In this document: one piece after another, positions 48,118 through 59,978 of the stretch | Position numbering within the stretch: the first letter of the stretch is position 1 | Layout of the letters: each line of letters opens with the position of its first letter | Source: Fistulifera solaris | Lineage: Eukaryota | Length of the DNA stretch: 64,000 nt | NCBI GenBank assembly: GCA_030295235.1 | Contig: AP026126.1 | Location: 1,302,001 to 1,366,000 of the forward strand | Direction: 5' to 3' | The notes under the pieces: generated by a model | Told to the model about the DNA's origin: nothing | Database searches by the model: none | Seen by the model: only the letters and a program-made list of their open reading frames with translations | Program-made: the position numbers and the translations under genes

Positions 48118-49091
48118 CCTTCTGTGATGGCGAATCCAGACCACTTGAACCTCTACAAAAGCTACTCTTTGGGGGAGGTCAGGGTCAATCGCCCTAAGAG
48201 GCATTTTTGTTTGGACGAGGGTTGCTTTCCGTGTTGTTGACAGCGCGACGTCAAACTTTGCGACGCAGATTATTTTCATGATGGGTAGGTAAGCACAACT
48301 CCCTTCGTCAACCACGATTGATCGCGATTGATAATTGATCGTAGTGCTTGGTGCTTGATCTTGAATCTTGATTTTAGCTGATGTCATTTAGACCCTAATT
48401 TAAGTTTCAAACTTATCAACGACCATTTCTTGGCCTTCTTTGGTGACCTGCTGCGATCTAGTGAAATTAAGAATTACTGTGTCAGGTATTTTAGATTGAC
48501 TCCGTTTCTCGTTTCTAAAAGCCCGTTTCTCGGTCCTTTCGCCCTAGTTTAGTTTCTCATAACCGCCCCATGTAAATGGTGACCGGTAACGGATAAGTTA
48601 TAAGTTATTGTCCAAGACTTCCCAGTCCGATAGTTTTTTGTACATCCCTATTCAATTAATGACCTGTTGTACATCCTAGTATGGAAAGGATTAAACTAGC
48701 TCCACTTTAAGGGTATATATATTTTCTCAAATGTTTGTCTGTGCATCATTGACAGCCAATCAGACTAATCTATTTCTCTTTCCGTGTATAACGCTAGAGT
48801 ACTTGCTGTATCCATTATCGTTGAAAATGTCTTTGACGTCCGACTTTTTCGTGAAACAAAAACCAATTGCCCATCGCTATGGCCTACAGCGAACCCAGTA
48901 CATGATCAACGTAGTGAAAATGAATAAATTGTTTTCGCGCTCACACGGTCAAATTCGGAGATGAGTGCTTGCCGAATCCCAGACTATAAAACACCTTCTC
49001 AGATCGAACAAAAGAACACAACACACAACACTCGGCGTCGATTGTTGATACAAAATTCAATTCATAGTTCGCTGAGAAACGAATAGCAAGA

Positions 49092-49343
49092 ATGTCGTCG
49101 TCCAACATCGATTGCGCACACACGAGGTCGCTCTCTGACCACCAGCCTTTACATGCCATGCTTCGACGTGCGTCTCCGTCGTTGCAGCCATTCTCCCGGT
49201 CCGATTACGATCATCACGATCGTCATAGCACGAACAATGACTTTCTGCGTTCCATTCTCGAGCAAGCTCTTGCTATTACATCATCCATTCCAATGGAAGA
49301 TTGGGAATCTGGCAAGTCGCCCTCTGAAAAGAGACCGCAGTGA
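49092..49343 (+). CDS. Small hypothetical protein (83 aa)
   Basis: Isolated ORF with TATAAAA at about 48986, a CA-rich leader and an AT-rich 3' region. Contains one amphipathic helix, FLRSILEQALAI. Confidence 0.55.
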   Translation: MSSSNIDCAHTRSLSDHQPLHAMLRRASPSLQPFSRSDYDHHDRHSTNNDFLRSILEQALAITSSIPMEDWESGKSPSEKRPQ

Positions 49344-49578
49344 TTGCATCAGCACCACAATTTCAGAAGTTGCTGACATTTGAGTTGAAGACTCTTCAAT
49401 GAAGATCGACGGATGCAGGAAAAGGCGATTTATCAACAATTTTATATACTTTTTCATTTTAGCAGGAATAATTTCAAACTCTAGCTTCCTCCCCTAAAAT
49501 ATGCACCCTCATAAGCATTCTATTAAGTAGTAATAAGTAGAGCTGTGGTCTCCATTCGCAGCTACTCAGGGTATGTAC

Positions 49579-50989
49579 TCAAAGAGGAATCAAATTTGGA
49601 AAGTCTGCATAGAGATCCTCATTGGTGATACGGTCTCCAGGCACTTCGGGTGACCAGAGAACTTCTCCCGACAATAAGCATGTGCCCACTTGACTATCAG
49701 CCGCGATCTGTGACAGCGCACGAATCAGATCTTCACGAGAGCGTACTTCCGTTGACGCCAAAGATTTGCCTTCAATTGACATATTAATCGAAACAACAGC
49801 CATAGTGGGATCAGAATCGTTCTCCGACAGGGTGCTCACTAGGGTCTCATCAGTAAGCAGCTGGTCACCAAACTTGTTTACTTTTAGCGTTAAGGAAAAC
49901 AGGCCAAAATTAAGCTGCAAGCGTGGTGTTTTCATAAACCGGAAGTGCATTTAAATCAAAAATGACTTACCAACTTCTCTGTCAAACTTGCTCCTGCTTC
50001 GAACAGATTGTGAGCGGAATTGCCGCTCGGCAAACTCTGGATTGTGGAAATGCTTTGCTTTTGCGGAAGCCGATACAATACTTTTTCCTGGCGTAGTAAC
50101 TCAAGCGACACTGATGGAAAAAGCTTAGTATATATTTCGAGGCTGTTACTTTGTCATAAAGGCGCTTACCCTCGGAAATGAGATCTTGTACACCTTTTCG
50201 ATTCGAAGTATCAGCAGCTAAGGAAAGTTTCCGTAATCGTTTCATGATCGAGTTAGGATCTCTTCGGTCGGAAACATTCATTGCTACTGTAAGTGTAACA
50301 ACTGTCGTGCCAGCACCCAAGGGACCAGCCATCATGTCTCGTTTGTTGTTATTTATAACGCCTTGAATCAGAATAGCAATAACCGTCACTAAAACTGTCA
50401 TTTCCGTTATCGTCAAAGTTCTGCGAGCCGCAACAGCACCCGCTGAACCGTAATGCCAGCCTGTTGCCCCATGCACAATAAAGCGGGGACTGCCGAGAAG
50501 TGCGCTGTGGGGTTGCCGGCTATAGTTCCAAGTTCCCGACGATCGATAGGGTGTCGATACCGAAGTGCGGTGAGACGCCGACTTGAACAACCCTCCCGCC
50601 CGACCACTACTTGGTGCAGCTCCCGCCATTTGAAGAGGAGCAAACATGATGGCGAGTGCGAGACAGGCAGCAAATAACTTTTTCCGAATCGGAGTCAAAC
50701 TTGCTTTCACTTTTCGAAACAACGACGTCAACTTCGGTTGAATAGTATTCAGTGTTTGTTGGAAGTCGAAAGGGCGCAAGTAAAGTCTAGAAGCAGAATA
50801 TTTTGAATGATATAACAAGTAACGCGGATGCGAAGCAGGGAGCTCTGCAAAAGCAATTTTCGACTTGTTTCTTTCGACTAAAGACATTATGGGACTCAAA
50901 AGTGAGCGCCTTTGAGCCCCTTGAAAGGCTTCACTAGCCGCCAATAAAACAAATATCAACGCCAAACATCGTTTTAACTTTCTTTCCAT
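49579..50989 (-). CDS. DUF1517 / FLAP1-like plastid protein
   Basis: Presequence ...LAASEA-FQ, SSGRAGG, a TM segment, LRKLSLAADTSNRKG, and C-terminal EVLWSPE..GDRITNEDLYADFPNLIPL. Introns at about 50169-50111 and 49970-49912. Confidence 0.8.
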
Positions 50990-51115
50990 TTTTGTTGGTT
51001 GGAATGATGATTTAATAAAAAAAAGGACAGTTACCAGTGCTGTTGTTATTGTATTCGAAGAAGAAGAGAAGCAACACATGGTAATAAAAAAATTTGTTTG
51101 TATGTACCAGTACTA

Positions 51116-51700
51116 TTTCACGTGTCCCGAAAATCTCGGGGAGTGCTGTTCTCACGTGTCCCGAAAATCTGGGGGTGTGCTGTTCTCACGTCTCCCGAAA
51201 ATCTGGGGGTGTATTGTTATCACCTGTCCCGAAAATCTGGGCAAGTGTTGTTTTCACCTGTCCCGAAAATCTGGGCATGTGCTGTTTTCACCTGTCCCGA
51301 AAACCTGGGCATGTGCTGTTTTCACTTGTCCCGGAAATCTGGAAAGGACGTTAAATTCTGCCTCTCAGTACAAATTTCTACGAAGCGCCTACGGCGAGGC
51401 AGAATTTTAACGTCGTTTCCTGGGCGAGTGATGTTTTCACGTGTCCCGAAATCTGGGTGGGTACTGTTTTCACCTCTCCCGAAAATCTGGGGATGTGATG
51501 TTTTCACGTGTCCCGAAAATCTAGGCATGTGCTGTTTTCACGTTTCCCGAAAATCCGAAAATCTTGGAAAGTGGTATTTTCACGTTTCCCGAAAATCTGG
51601 GTGTGTATTGTTTTCACGTGTCCCGAAAATCTGGGAAAGTGGTATTTTCACGTCTTCCGAAAATCTGGGCGAGTGGCGGGACGAGTGTGATGTTTTCACA
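51116..51700. repeat. About 35-bp minisatellite (core TTTTCACGTGTCCCGAAAATCTGGG, about 14 copies) interrupted by a central inverted repeat
   Basis: Read directly: about 7 units on each side of the stem-loop at 51347-51414, all in the same orientation. Confidence 0.9.
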
Positions 51701-51957
51701 AAGTGTTGTCCGTATCGCCACGGCTACTACTTTGTACAGTACTGTATGCACTTTCAGTGTGCGCGAGCGCGACGAGGATAACTAATTTTTGGCGATAATG
51801 TTTTGTTTATAGTTTTTTTTAAGAAAACAAAAGATCGCATCATGTTCAGCATAATACATTGGATGAAATAAGGCTACAAGCTACAACGCTCAAAAATCAT
51901 TGGGTGACAAAAATAAAAAGGAATCCATTATATTGCAAAATCGAACGATGATGTAAG

Positions 51958-52030
51958 TTTCCCATAGTGTAGTGGTTTAGCACCCCACACTTTGAATGTG
52001 GTAACCTGAGTTCGACTCTCAGTGGGAGAA
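51958..52030 (+). tRNA. trnQ-UUG: tRNA-Gln (anticodon TTG)
   Basis: Manual cloverleaf: acceptor TTTCCCA/TGGGAGA, D stem GTGT/GCAC, anticodon stem CCACA/TGTGG with loop CTTTGAA, T stem CTGAG/CTCAG with loop TTCGACT. TTTT follows immediately downstream. Confidence 0.9.
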
Positions 52031-52798
52031 TATTTTGGATTAGGGTTCGGGTTAATCGCCCGATTCCATTTTGGTGTTTTTGGTGCCTCTAGCTCGAGCT
52101 GAAGCATCAGAAAACCAACGTTCGGGACTGAAATTCATTTGTGTCATGAATAAAAGAGCTCTGGTACAGTTTGATTAACAGTGCAGATGGGGTACTACGT
52201 ATGATAGTGTCAATTTTCGCTGCGACAAGAAACCGCGTTCACCGCGCCGCGCAGATCTGTGACCTTTCGAAAACGAATTCGTGATTCCACATAAAGCGCA
52301 AAGTACATTTTGAACTTATACTTTTACTCTGTGCGGAAATTCTATTCACACTCTGCAGTAAGAGATGACTTTAAACACTACTGGTATTATTTATTGTTGC
52401 ATTATAAAATGTCGTTGTTCTTGAATTCGGAATTCCACAAGTCATTAGTCGTCACAATCATCAAAGAAGTACTCCGGGCGTTAACGCAATGGATCGACGC
52501 GATGATCGACCGGCGACAAGACGAGCGAGCGAGCAATGCATTGTTCCTCATTGACAAGCAACGCGAATCAACATTTCATTGCATTAGAAGCTTATTCGAT
52601 TCCGTTTCATCTTCCCCTTCCGAAACGAGGACCTCAGACTGACTACAAAAGAGGGCAAAGTGATCGCAGAAGCGAGTTGAAAGTATCCTTTGCGGTAAGG
52701 GAATCGCGCGCCTCATGTCAATGCACAATACATGAACAACAAGCTAAATACGATCGTTCTCTCTTTCTTTCAGTCAAACCACACGCTAGCGTTTCATC

Positions 52799-53448
52799 AT
52801 GTCATCGAATGATGCTAAACCTCCGCCTCGGAATGGTCGTCGAACGAGCACGAATCACCAGTCGAATTCAAAACCCGCTGAATCACGGGATCCCGACGAA
52901 CAACCCTTAGAGAACGTTGACAAAGACGGGTTAAAAATTCAAGGTTTAGTGGAGCAGTCAAAAATCATAAGTCAAGAAAGCAATGTAAGACGGTCCCCTT
53001 TGATCCCCAGGATGAACAATCTCGAGCAGACGCGCTAGCCAGGGCCGTGGAAGAAAAAGAAGACCACGTAGCTTTTGTGAAAAAGCTGCAACAGGAGCTA
53101 GCGGACGAGTTACTACATGGAAGAACCATGTTGGCGGAAGCGGACCGTGCTATGTACAACGATGGGTTTGATAGTGGAACGGAAAGTGTTTGCGAGGAAG
53201 GAGAGGAAGAGTTAACGTTCGAAATCGATGGGAACTACAATCCAAATGAAATCATCAAGGGTTTGGAATTTCACACGCCAAAGCCTTCAAAAAGAAGACC
53301 AACATTATTCAGAATGGGCCTAGAAAGCGCCGCAAGCCTCCACCCACGGCGACTACTATCTCGGGTTCATATTTGGACGAAAATTTGGATGAGAATTCGA
53401 CACCTGCTTTGTAAGATTTGTCGAATCGGACGTCTATCGACTGACTGA
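52799..53448 (+). CDS. Hypothetical protein (frameshifted)
   Basis: ORFs 52799-53038 and 53047-53448 join with a 1-bp shift near 53000. Charged, low-complexity composition; no family recognised. Confidence 0.5.
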
Positions 53449-53705
53449 TGTGTACTCACAGAGATAACATTATTAGCAAGATGTAGCATTTGAAGTTCAT
53501 ACTAGTTGTGACGAGCTTCTTCAGTTCATAGCCTAAGATTTACATCTCCGTTGGATACACCATAGATTGCTTCAAAGCTAATTTGGCTGTCGCGACCTTT
53601 ATTCCATTTTGTTCCAGCCTTACTTACGGAGTAGTGCGGTTAATCAAACAACTTTTTAACAGAGTTTTTCCTATATTTATTAATTAACCGATGTCTATTA
53701 AAGGA

Positions 53706-54716
53706 CTACTCAAAGATAGCACGCTGGGCAAACGCCGGCAAGACGAACGATGCCGAATGCATATCCGCCGAATAGTATTGCAATGCCTTTTGAGTTTCTT
53801 CGTCCGGTTTGCGAGCAGCTGTCTTGCATGAACCACGGTCTTTCGTAGCCAAAATCAAACCAATCTGTCCCGACGGGTAAGAAGGAATGCACGTGTACGC
53901 AAATTCCACAGAGCTGTATTTTTCTTTGATGGAGTTGACCAATGGTTTGATCACATCCAACAACAGCCAGACGCATTCTCCTTGGGTACAAACGATACCT
54001 CCTTTACGAAGACTACTGTACATGGAACTGTAAAAAGGAGTTTCGAAAAGGACAGAGTTCGGTCCGATTGGATCGGAAGAATCGGTAATGATCACGTCGA
54101 AACTTTCTTGATTTTCCTCCATGAATTTGGAGCCATCTCGGATATGGACCGTGACACGGGGATCGTCGTAGCCCTTGGCCAGACCAGGCAAATACTTTTT
54201 AGAAACTTCAATGACATCCTTATCAATCTCACAAATGGAAATTTCTTCCACTCCCGGGTGTCGTGCCACTTCACGAAGGACACCACCATCTCCGCCTCCA
54301 ATGACGAGAACTTTTTTCGGATCGGCATGCGCATACAACGGCAAGTGCGCAATCATTTCTTGATACGCGAATTCGTCTCGCTCTGTCACTTGGATGATGC
54401 CATCGAGGACTAAGACATTCCCGAAGGATTCTGATTTGAACACTAAGATGTCTTGGTATTCGGAACGTTGATTGTAAAGAATTTCCTCCACTTTGAGTGA
54501 AAACGCTTGACCCGGCCACAGAGTGCCGCGTTCATGGAACCATCCGTCAACGATAAGATCTGCGCATCTGAGTAGTAAAGGAATGGAGCAAGATTACGGA
54601 GTATTATTTGTCAGTGCATGATTTCCGGATGATCTTCGAGAAACGGCTTCGACTTACTTGATCGGTGCAGGATCGCTCTCTTCCGTCTTGGGCTTCTTGT
54701 TTTCTGGTTCTGACAT
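53706..54716 (-). CDS. SPDS: Spermidine synthase
   Basis: Exon 1 MSEPENKKPK..., intron about 54657-54568. Then DGWFHERGTLWPGQAF, LDGIIQVTERDEFAYQEM, VLVIGGGDGG, DVIITDSSDP, PSYPSGQIG. Confidence 0.96.
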
Positions 54717-55069
54717 GATGATAGGATGGATAGATGAAGCTCCGTATAAATGAAGAAGCGTAAAATTAGAAGCTTTATGATGTTTATTGGAATGCGAATG
54801 GATGTCGAGCGATGGGTCGATTGGACAATAAATAAATGAATGGAGGTTGTGGGTTAACCCGTGGACTTTTTAGTCAATAGTCAACGATCGAAATCTTCTT
54901 CGGCACTATATTCCAGATTGTCTTCAGAAACGCTACGACACCGTTCGTGCCACATCACAAGTACTGATTTCGCCCTTCACAAGAAAAAACCGCGCACCAT
55001 GACGAAACACGACAAACGAGCTTTCCTTTATTTACTGACAAAAGGAACTCAAAGCAAGTCACCATCGTG

Positions 55070-56133
55070 ATGCAGAAATTAGCTTTTCTTCCGACTCTTC
55101 CCATTATCCTTGCTGTACGCAGTTATGCTTTTGTCGCGACAACATTATTTGTAGGAGCCTTACCGTCGCCCAAGTCATCCTGCCTTTCACAACAACAAAT
55201 ATCCGACGTCGAGACAGCGCACTTTGATTTATCCAGTGGAGTATCGATGCTTGTTGAATCCTCGAAACCAAAGCACTTGACGAAGAAACCGCCTATACTC
55301 TTTCTACACGGTTCCTTTCATGGAAGTTGGTGTTGGTCGGAACATTTCTTTCCGTTTTTCGTCGAACGAGGCTTTCCAGTGGTAGCACTCAATTGGCGGG
55401 GGACGGGAGGAACCAAAGCTGGTGACGGAGTCAAAAAGTGAAAATCATGGAACACGTAGCGGATCTCAGTTCATTTCTAGAACACGTTCTCCCTCGATTG
55501 GGTTACGCCGACGTCAAACCGATTGTCGTGTGTCACTCATTTGGTGGACTGGCTGTAATGAAGTACTTGGAACAGAACCCAGCATCCAAGTTCAGTGGTA
55601 TCGTCATGATGTGTTCTGTTCCACCCAGTGGGAACGGTAAAATGACCATGCGTTATTTGAAACGATCACTCATGGATAGCTGGAAAATTACAGCGGGCTT
55701 TGCCATGAAGCGCGTTCTAAAGAATGATGTTTTGTGTCGAGAGCTATTCTTTGGGGGCAAGATAAAAACTCGAGAAGATGGATCCATTGAAGATTATGGC
55801 ATCACCGACGATGATATTCATCGCTATCAAGCTTATTTCGCTCGAGATTCCAATGCTACCATTGATCTTTTTGATCTAGCCAAGCAGCTACCTTCTTCGT
55901 CTACTATATCTGATGGCAGAGCTTCGTTCGTCGCACAACTGCCTCCACGTCTGGTAATGGGTGCGACAGACGATATGGTGGTGGATAGAGAAGGCGTAGA
56001 AGAAACTGCCAAATACTTTGGGCTAGATGACTATAAAATGGTCGATTCTCCTCATGATGTCATGCTGGGGGCGAAATGGCAGAATGCAGCTGTAGCCTTA
56101 TACGAATGGATCAATGAAAAGGTAAAATTATAG
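55070..56133 (+). CDS. Alpha/beta-fold hydrolase with signal peptide
   Basis: FLHGSFHGSWCW, nucleophile elbow CHSFGG, D in ATDDMVVD and H in SPHDVML. One frameshift at about 55437. Confidence 0.88.
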
Positions 56134-56351
56134 CACCTTGTAAGAAATTGCTAAATTGTCTTTGATTATTACATTGTTGGAGGATGGCTTGCCCATTGCC
56201 CTATGCTGATCAAAGGCATACCAGATCAATCCGCGAATGCGCAAACGCTGAGTTACTGTGCCCCTGGTCTGGGAAAAGATAGTACTATCGATATAAAGGG
56301 CATCATTTAAAGCGACCACCAGAAGGTACCGGTCCATGACAAGACTTCCAA

Positions 56352-58144
56352 TTAGAATCGGGGAGACTTCAAATGAGGGAAAGCCACAGAAGGAATGACT
56401 CCCACTGTCCAGCGACTATCGTATAATTGGACCGAATATGTAGCAAGATTGTCTCGAAACAACGGTTGGGGTGTTCCTTGATCATGTTCTCCGACCTCTT
56501 GGGGTTCTATCTCGGGTGTGTGCTTCCAGAAGAACAAATATCGTGCTCGATCGTTTGCTTCATTGGCTGTTTCCCAGCTCGAGTCAAACTGCTCGTCCGA
56601 ATAGCATCCCTGATCGTCGTGGTCCTCTGCGCTCCAGACAACATACTTGTGCCCTTTTGAAAAGCACTTGTTCTTAGCGGGAGGTTGAATCGCAGCTGGA
56701 CTGAACTGCTTCTCTGCATTCCACTCCTCCTCGAAACTACGCGTACTGAGCTGACGTGCTAGTCCCATGATATGCTTAAAGTCGACAGCATTGTTTCCTT
56801 TGCGAATCGTTTCGTTATCTTTCAAATGAGGAAAAGCCACAGTCGGAACTACTCCAACTTCCCAGCGACGTCTTTCTAAATCAATCGCGTAGGTGACTAA
56901 ATTTTCTCGATATTTTGGCTTAGGCGTTCCTTCAACCTCGTCTAAAACTTCGTCAGGCAATATCTCGCATGGGTTCTTCCAGAAGAACAAGTAACGTGCT
57001 CGATCGTTTGCTTCTTCGGATGTTTCCCAGGATGTATCAAAGCGCTTAGAAGGGTCGCCATCATAAGCGTACTCATCAGAACTCCAAACAACATATTTAT
57101 GTCCTTTGGTAGTGATACTTTTATTCTTGACGGGGGGCTCAAGGATAGTCGCCGTGAACTGCATAGCGGCAATCCATTCTTCCCCGGGTTTCAACGCATG
57201 CTGCTTACGCGGATGTTCTAATTCTTTCTTTTGAACATCTTGTCGAAGTTTCTCTTGCTTTTTGCGACTTCTCTCTTCTCGAGCTTCCTTTACCTCTTTG
57301 GTTGCGTTCTGCACTTTGAAACAATCTCCGCATATGTCAAAGTCGCATTCTTCACACGAAAAGGCATTTTCCAGACGATAGCGCTGACGACCGCAACCTC
57401 TGCAAGTTACCTGATCTCGAGGACTACCATGAAGTTTCAGCAATAAAGTGCACGCCAATTTATGGGGATGCACCAACGGGTATGAAATGTTGTGATAACA
57501 CTTTTGAAACTTGACTTCAGCAGCACGTGCGGCAATGATGTCTGATTCATGTTTTTGTGGAATTTCTTCTACAGTTTTTTCTGTCGGAACACGTTGGTCG
57601 CCATTCTTTTCTTGCGGCTTCTGCTGACGATCAAACTGATTGACCTTTTGCTCCCCTGAATTACAGATGCCGTTTGAATAAGCTTTGGGCGTTCACTTTC
57701 TATCATTGTCAGGATTTTCATGTACTGTTTGTACTCGCTGGTTGCTTTCAAATGGATTGAACCATCCAGCAACACAGAATTCAGGATATCCGACTTTGTT
57801 TTTGGTATACTTTCAGGGTCAATGTTTCGAGCAAGCGCCTCTTCACGAAGCTCCTTTAAGGTCAGCTTATTACTGACTCGAGGAATAGAACCATGATTAT
57901 TGCTTTTATGAAGCGCAGACGATTTAGCCTTTGCACTGGTGCTTTGCTTCAAACCCGGAAATGCCGCGACTGGATTCTCGTTTTCACCGTCAGAATCATT
58001 CAAAGTAAGATCAACATAATCGTCTAGAACGCGTCCATGCGCAGTCGCCTTCGATGTAGTTGTCCGCGCTTTCTCCTGCGTGGTGGGACTCTCACCAGTA
58101 CCGAGTTTTGCAGTGATCTTTTTACTCGAAAGTTTCGCTCTCAT
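56352..58144 (-). CDS. Unknown protein: SAP-like helix, Cys/His zinc finger, coiled coil and two copies of a domain of about 120 aa
   Basis: KLTLKELREEALARNI; HPHKL..CRGC..CEECDFDICGDC; duplicated KGHKYVVWS..FD.SWET..EANDRARYLFFWK..RW.VGV.P.VAFPHL. ORFs 57569-58144 and 56352-57476 join via frameshift(s). Confidence 0.72.
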
Positions 58145-58689
58145 CTTCTACTTGTCGATTTAGAGTGTAACGATTCTTGACTCGGATGATATTCAAAAAA
58201 TCTTGTGTTTTGCGAGTTTGTCAAGGCGCTTTTTTATTTTTCTGGTGATGCTTTTGTATCTTTTGTTCTTCTTTCTAGCAATGAGAAACACGGTTCTTTG
58301 AAGGAAACGTGAGTGAAATGCATGAAGATTACATGGAACACAGCCCGGAGAGCGTGAAGAAAGCGCCGGTCGCTTCAACGGATGTTTTTGCTCTGAGTAT
58401 TTAATAAAATAATAGCGGAGAACGTTTACCTGGGACTACAAAATTAACGGCAAATCCTTCCCTATCTCAGTATTGGTGCGACAGAGTCTATGAAGCTTGA
58501 AAGGACATTTACCGGGGGTACCGGTAACACAGTCTAGATCGAGGAAAAAGTATTGTTAAAGTATTCTCAAAAGAAGTTAAGCCTAGTGTTTTAATTGCAA
58601 ATGTTTCGGGAGGCTGCCTTCACATTTCTCCACGCTGTTTTCCAATCAATTGAGATCTAATAGGCAAGGCCGCAATAATCTGATGATTC

Positions 58690-59550
58690 ATTCCGTGAAT
58701 TCATCTTCGTCAACTAACCGGGGAGATGTCAAATAAGGGAACGCCGCAGTGGGCACACTCCCACTTTTCAACGGTAGCTAAACAATTTAATTGAATAATT
58801 CACGAGGTCTTGTCGGAAGGACTCTTCAATCGAACCGTGGTCACAGCCTTCACCAAGTTCCTGCGGTTCAATCCCGGAACACGATCGTTTGCTTCTTTAG
58901 CCGTCTTCCAACTGGAGTCAAAACGCTGCTCGAAGGTTCCAACATAAATCTCGTCATCGGCACTCCAAACAACATACTGATGGCCTTTCGAAGTGAAACT
59001 TTTATTTTTAGAGGAGGATTGATGATATTCGCAGTAAAACTGCTGCTCGGCATCCCATTCAATCTCGGATTCTAGCTCCATCTCCCGACGATGTCGTTCC
59101 TATTCTTTCTCTATAATTTCGTGTTCTTTACGAAGCTTCTCTTGTTTCTTGCGGGACTTCTCTAATTTAGCTGTCCGTTCTTCCGGTGTAACGTTTCGTT
59201 CCTTGAAACAATCCTCGCAAATATCAAAGTCACAAGCATCGCATGTAAAGGCATACTCCAGCTGACAGTTCTGGTATCGACAATAGTTGCAAGTCACTTG
59301 GTTCCTACTCTTACCGTTGACTTTCAAAACTGCGGTGCATGCCAACTTATGAGGATGTACCAACGGGTATGAATGCGAGTGAAAACATTTCTGAGCTTCT
59401 ATTTCGGCAGCACGAGCGGCAACTTGTTCCGCCTCTTGCTTCTTTCGAAGATTTTCGGTTGCTATCTCTCTGGCATTACGTTGCGCCTCACGCTGCTCAC
59501 GCTGTTTTTGTTGACGCTCCTGACGCTTGCTTTCTTCCACTTTTTGAAGA
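58690..59550 (-). pseudogene. Truncated, decayed tandem paralogue of 56352-58144
   Basis: Same YPLVHPHKLACT, zinc finger and KGHQYVVWS..EANDR. It has an in-frame TAA at 59100-59102, a deletion of the ARYLFFWK segment, TGA in place of the conserved Trp (YR*KVGV), and no N-terminal part. Confidence 0.75.
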
Positions 59551-59978
59551 AGTAAGTTCGCTATTGATCACATAAAAAATATCAAGGCGTGTAATGTAAA
59601 CGCCGCTAAAGACTATTACATTGCAACAAGGACAAATGAAGCTCAAGCAAATTTGTAACGAACAAACTGTTGGTAACATTGTCGCTACCAGGTAGCCTTA
59701 TCGAAAGTATATTGATTCATGATTGAAGTGCAGTCGTGGATAAGTTGAGGAAATACTTTGGACTATAGTAGATACAGGGATTTTATTTGAGGCAGACGGA
59801 ATTTCTGAAGTTTTGTTTATTTGATCCGTAGTTGAGACTTCCATGCGTTTTGCCCGCCTTTGTTGTTGATTGTATTCAGCAATACTTTCGGTGCCATTCT
59901 GTTTTAATTACGTGTAATTCGTTCTTATAACTTCGCACATTACATCGCTACCAAGACGGTTCCTCTGCAAAAGTTAGC

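Noticed and set aside
51116..51700. 35-bp array as a CRISPR-like repeat-spacer locus
   Set aside because: The variable parts are only about 10 bp and are related to one another, so this is a diverged minisatellite.
52039..52054. TTAGGGTTCGGGTT telomere-like word after the tRNA
   Set aside because: Only about two degenerate units, which is compatible with chance.
52310..52642. 110-aa ORF downstream of the tRNA
   Set aside because: No motif or other support; it cannot be separated from a chance ORF.
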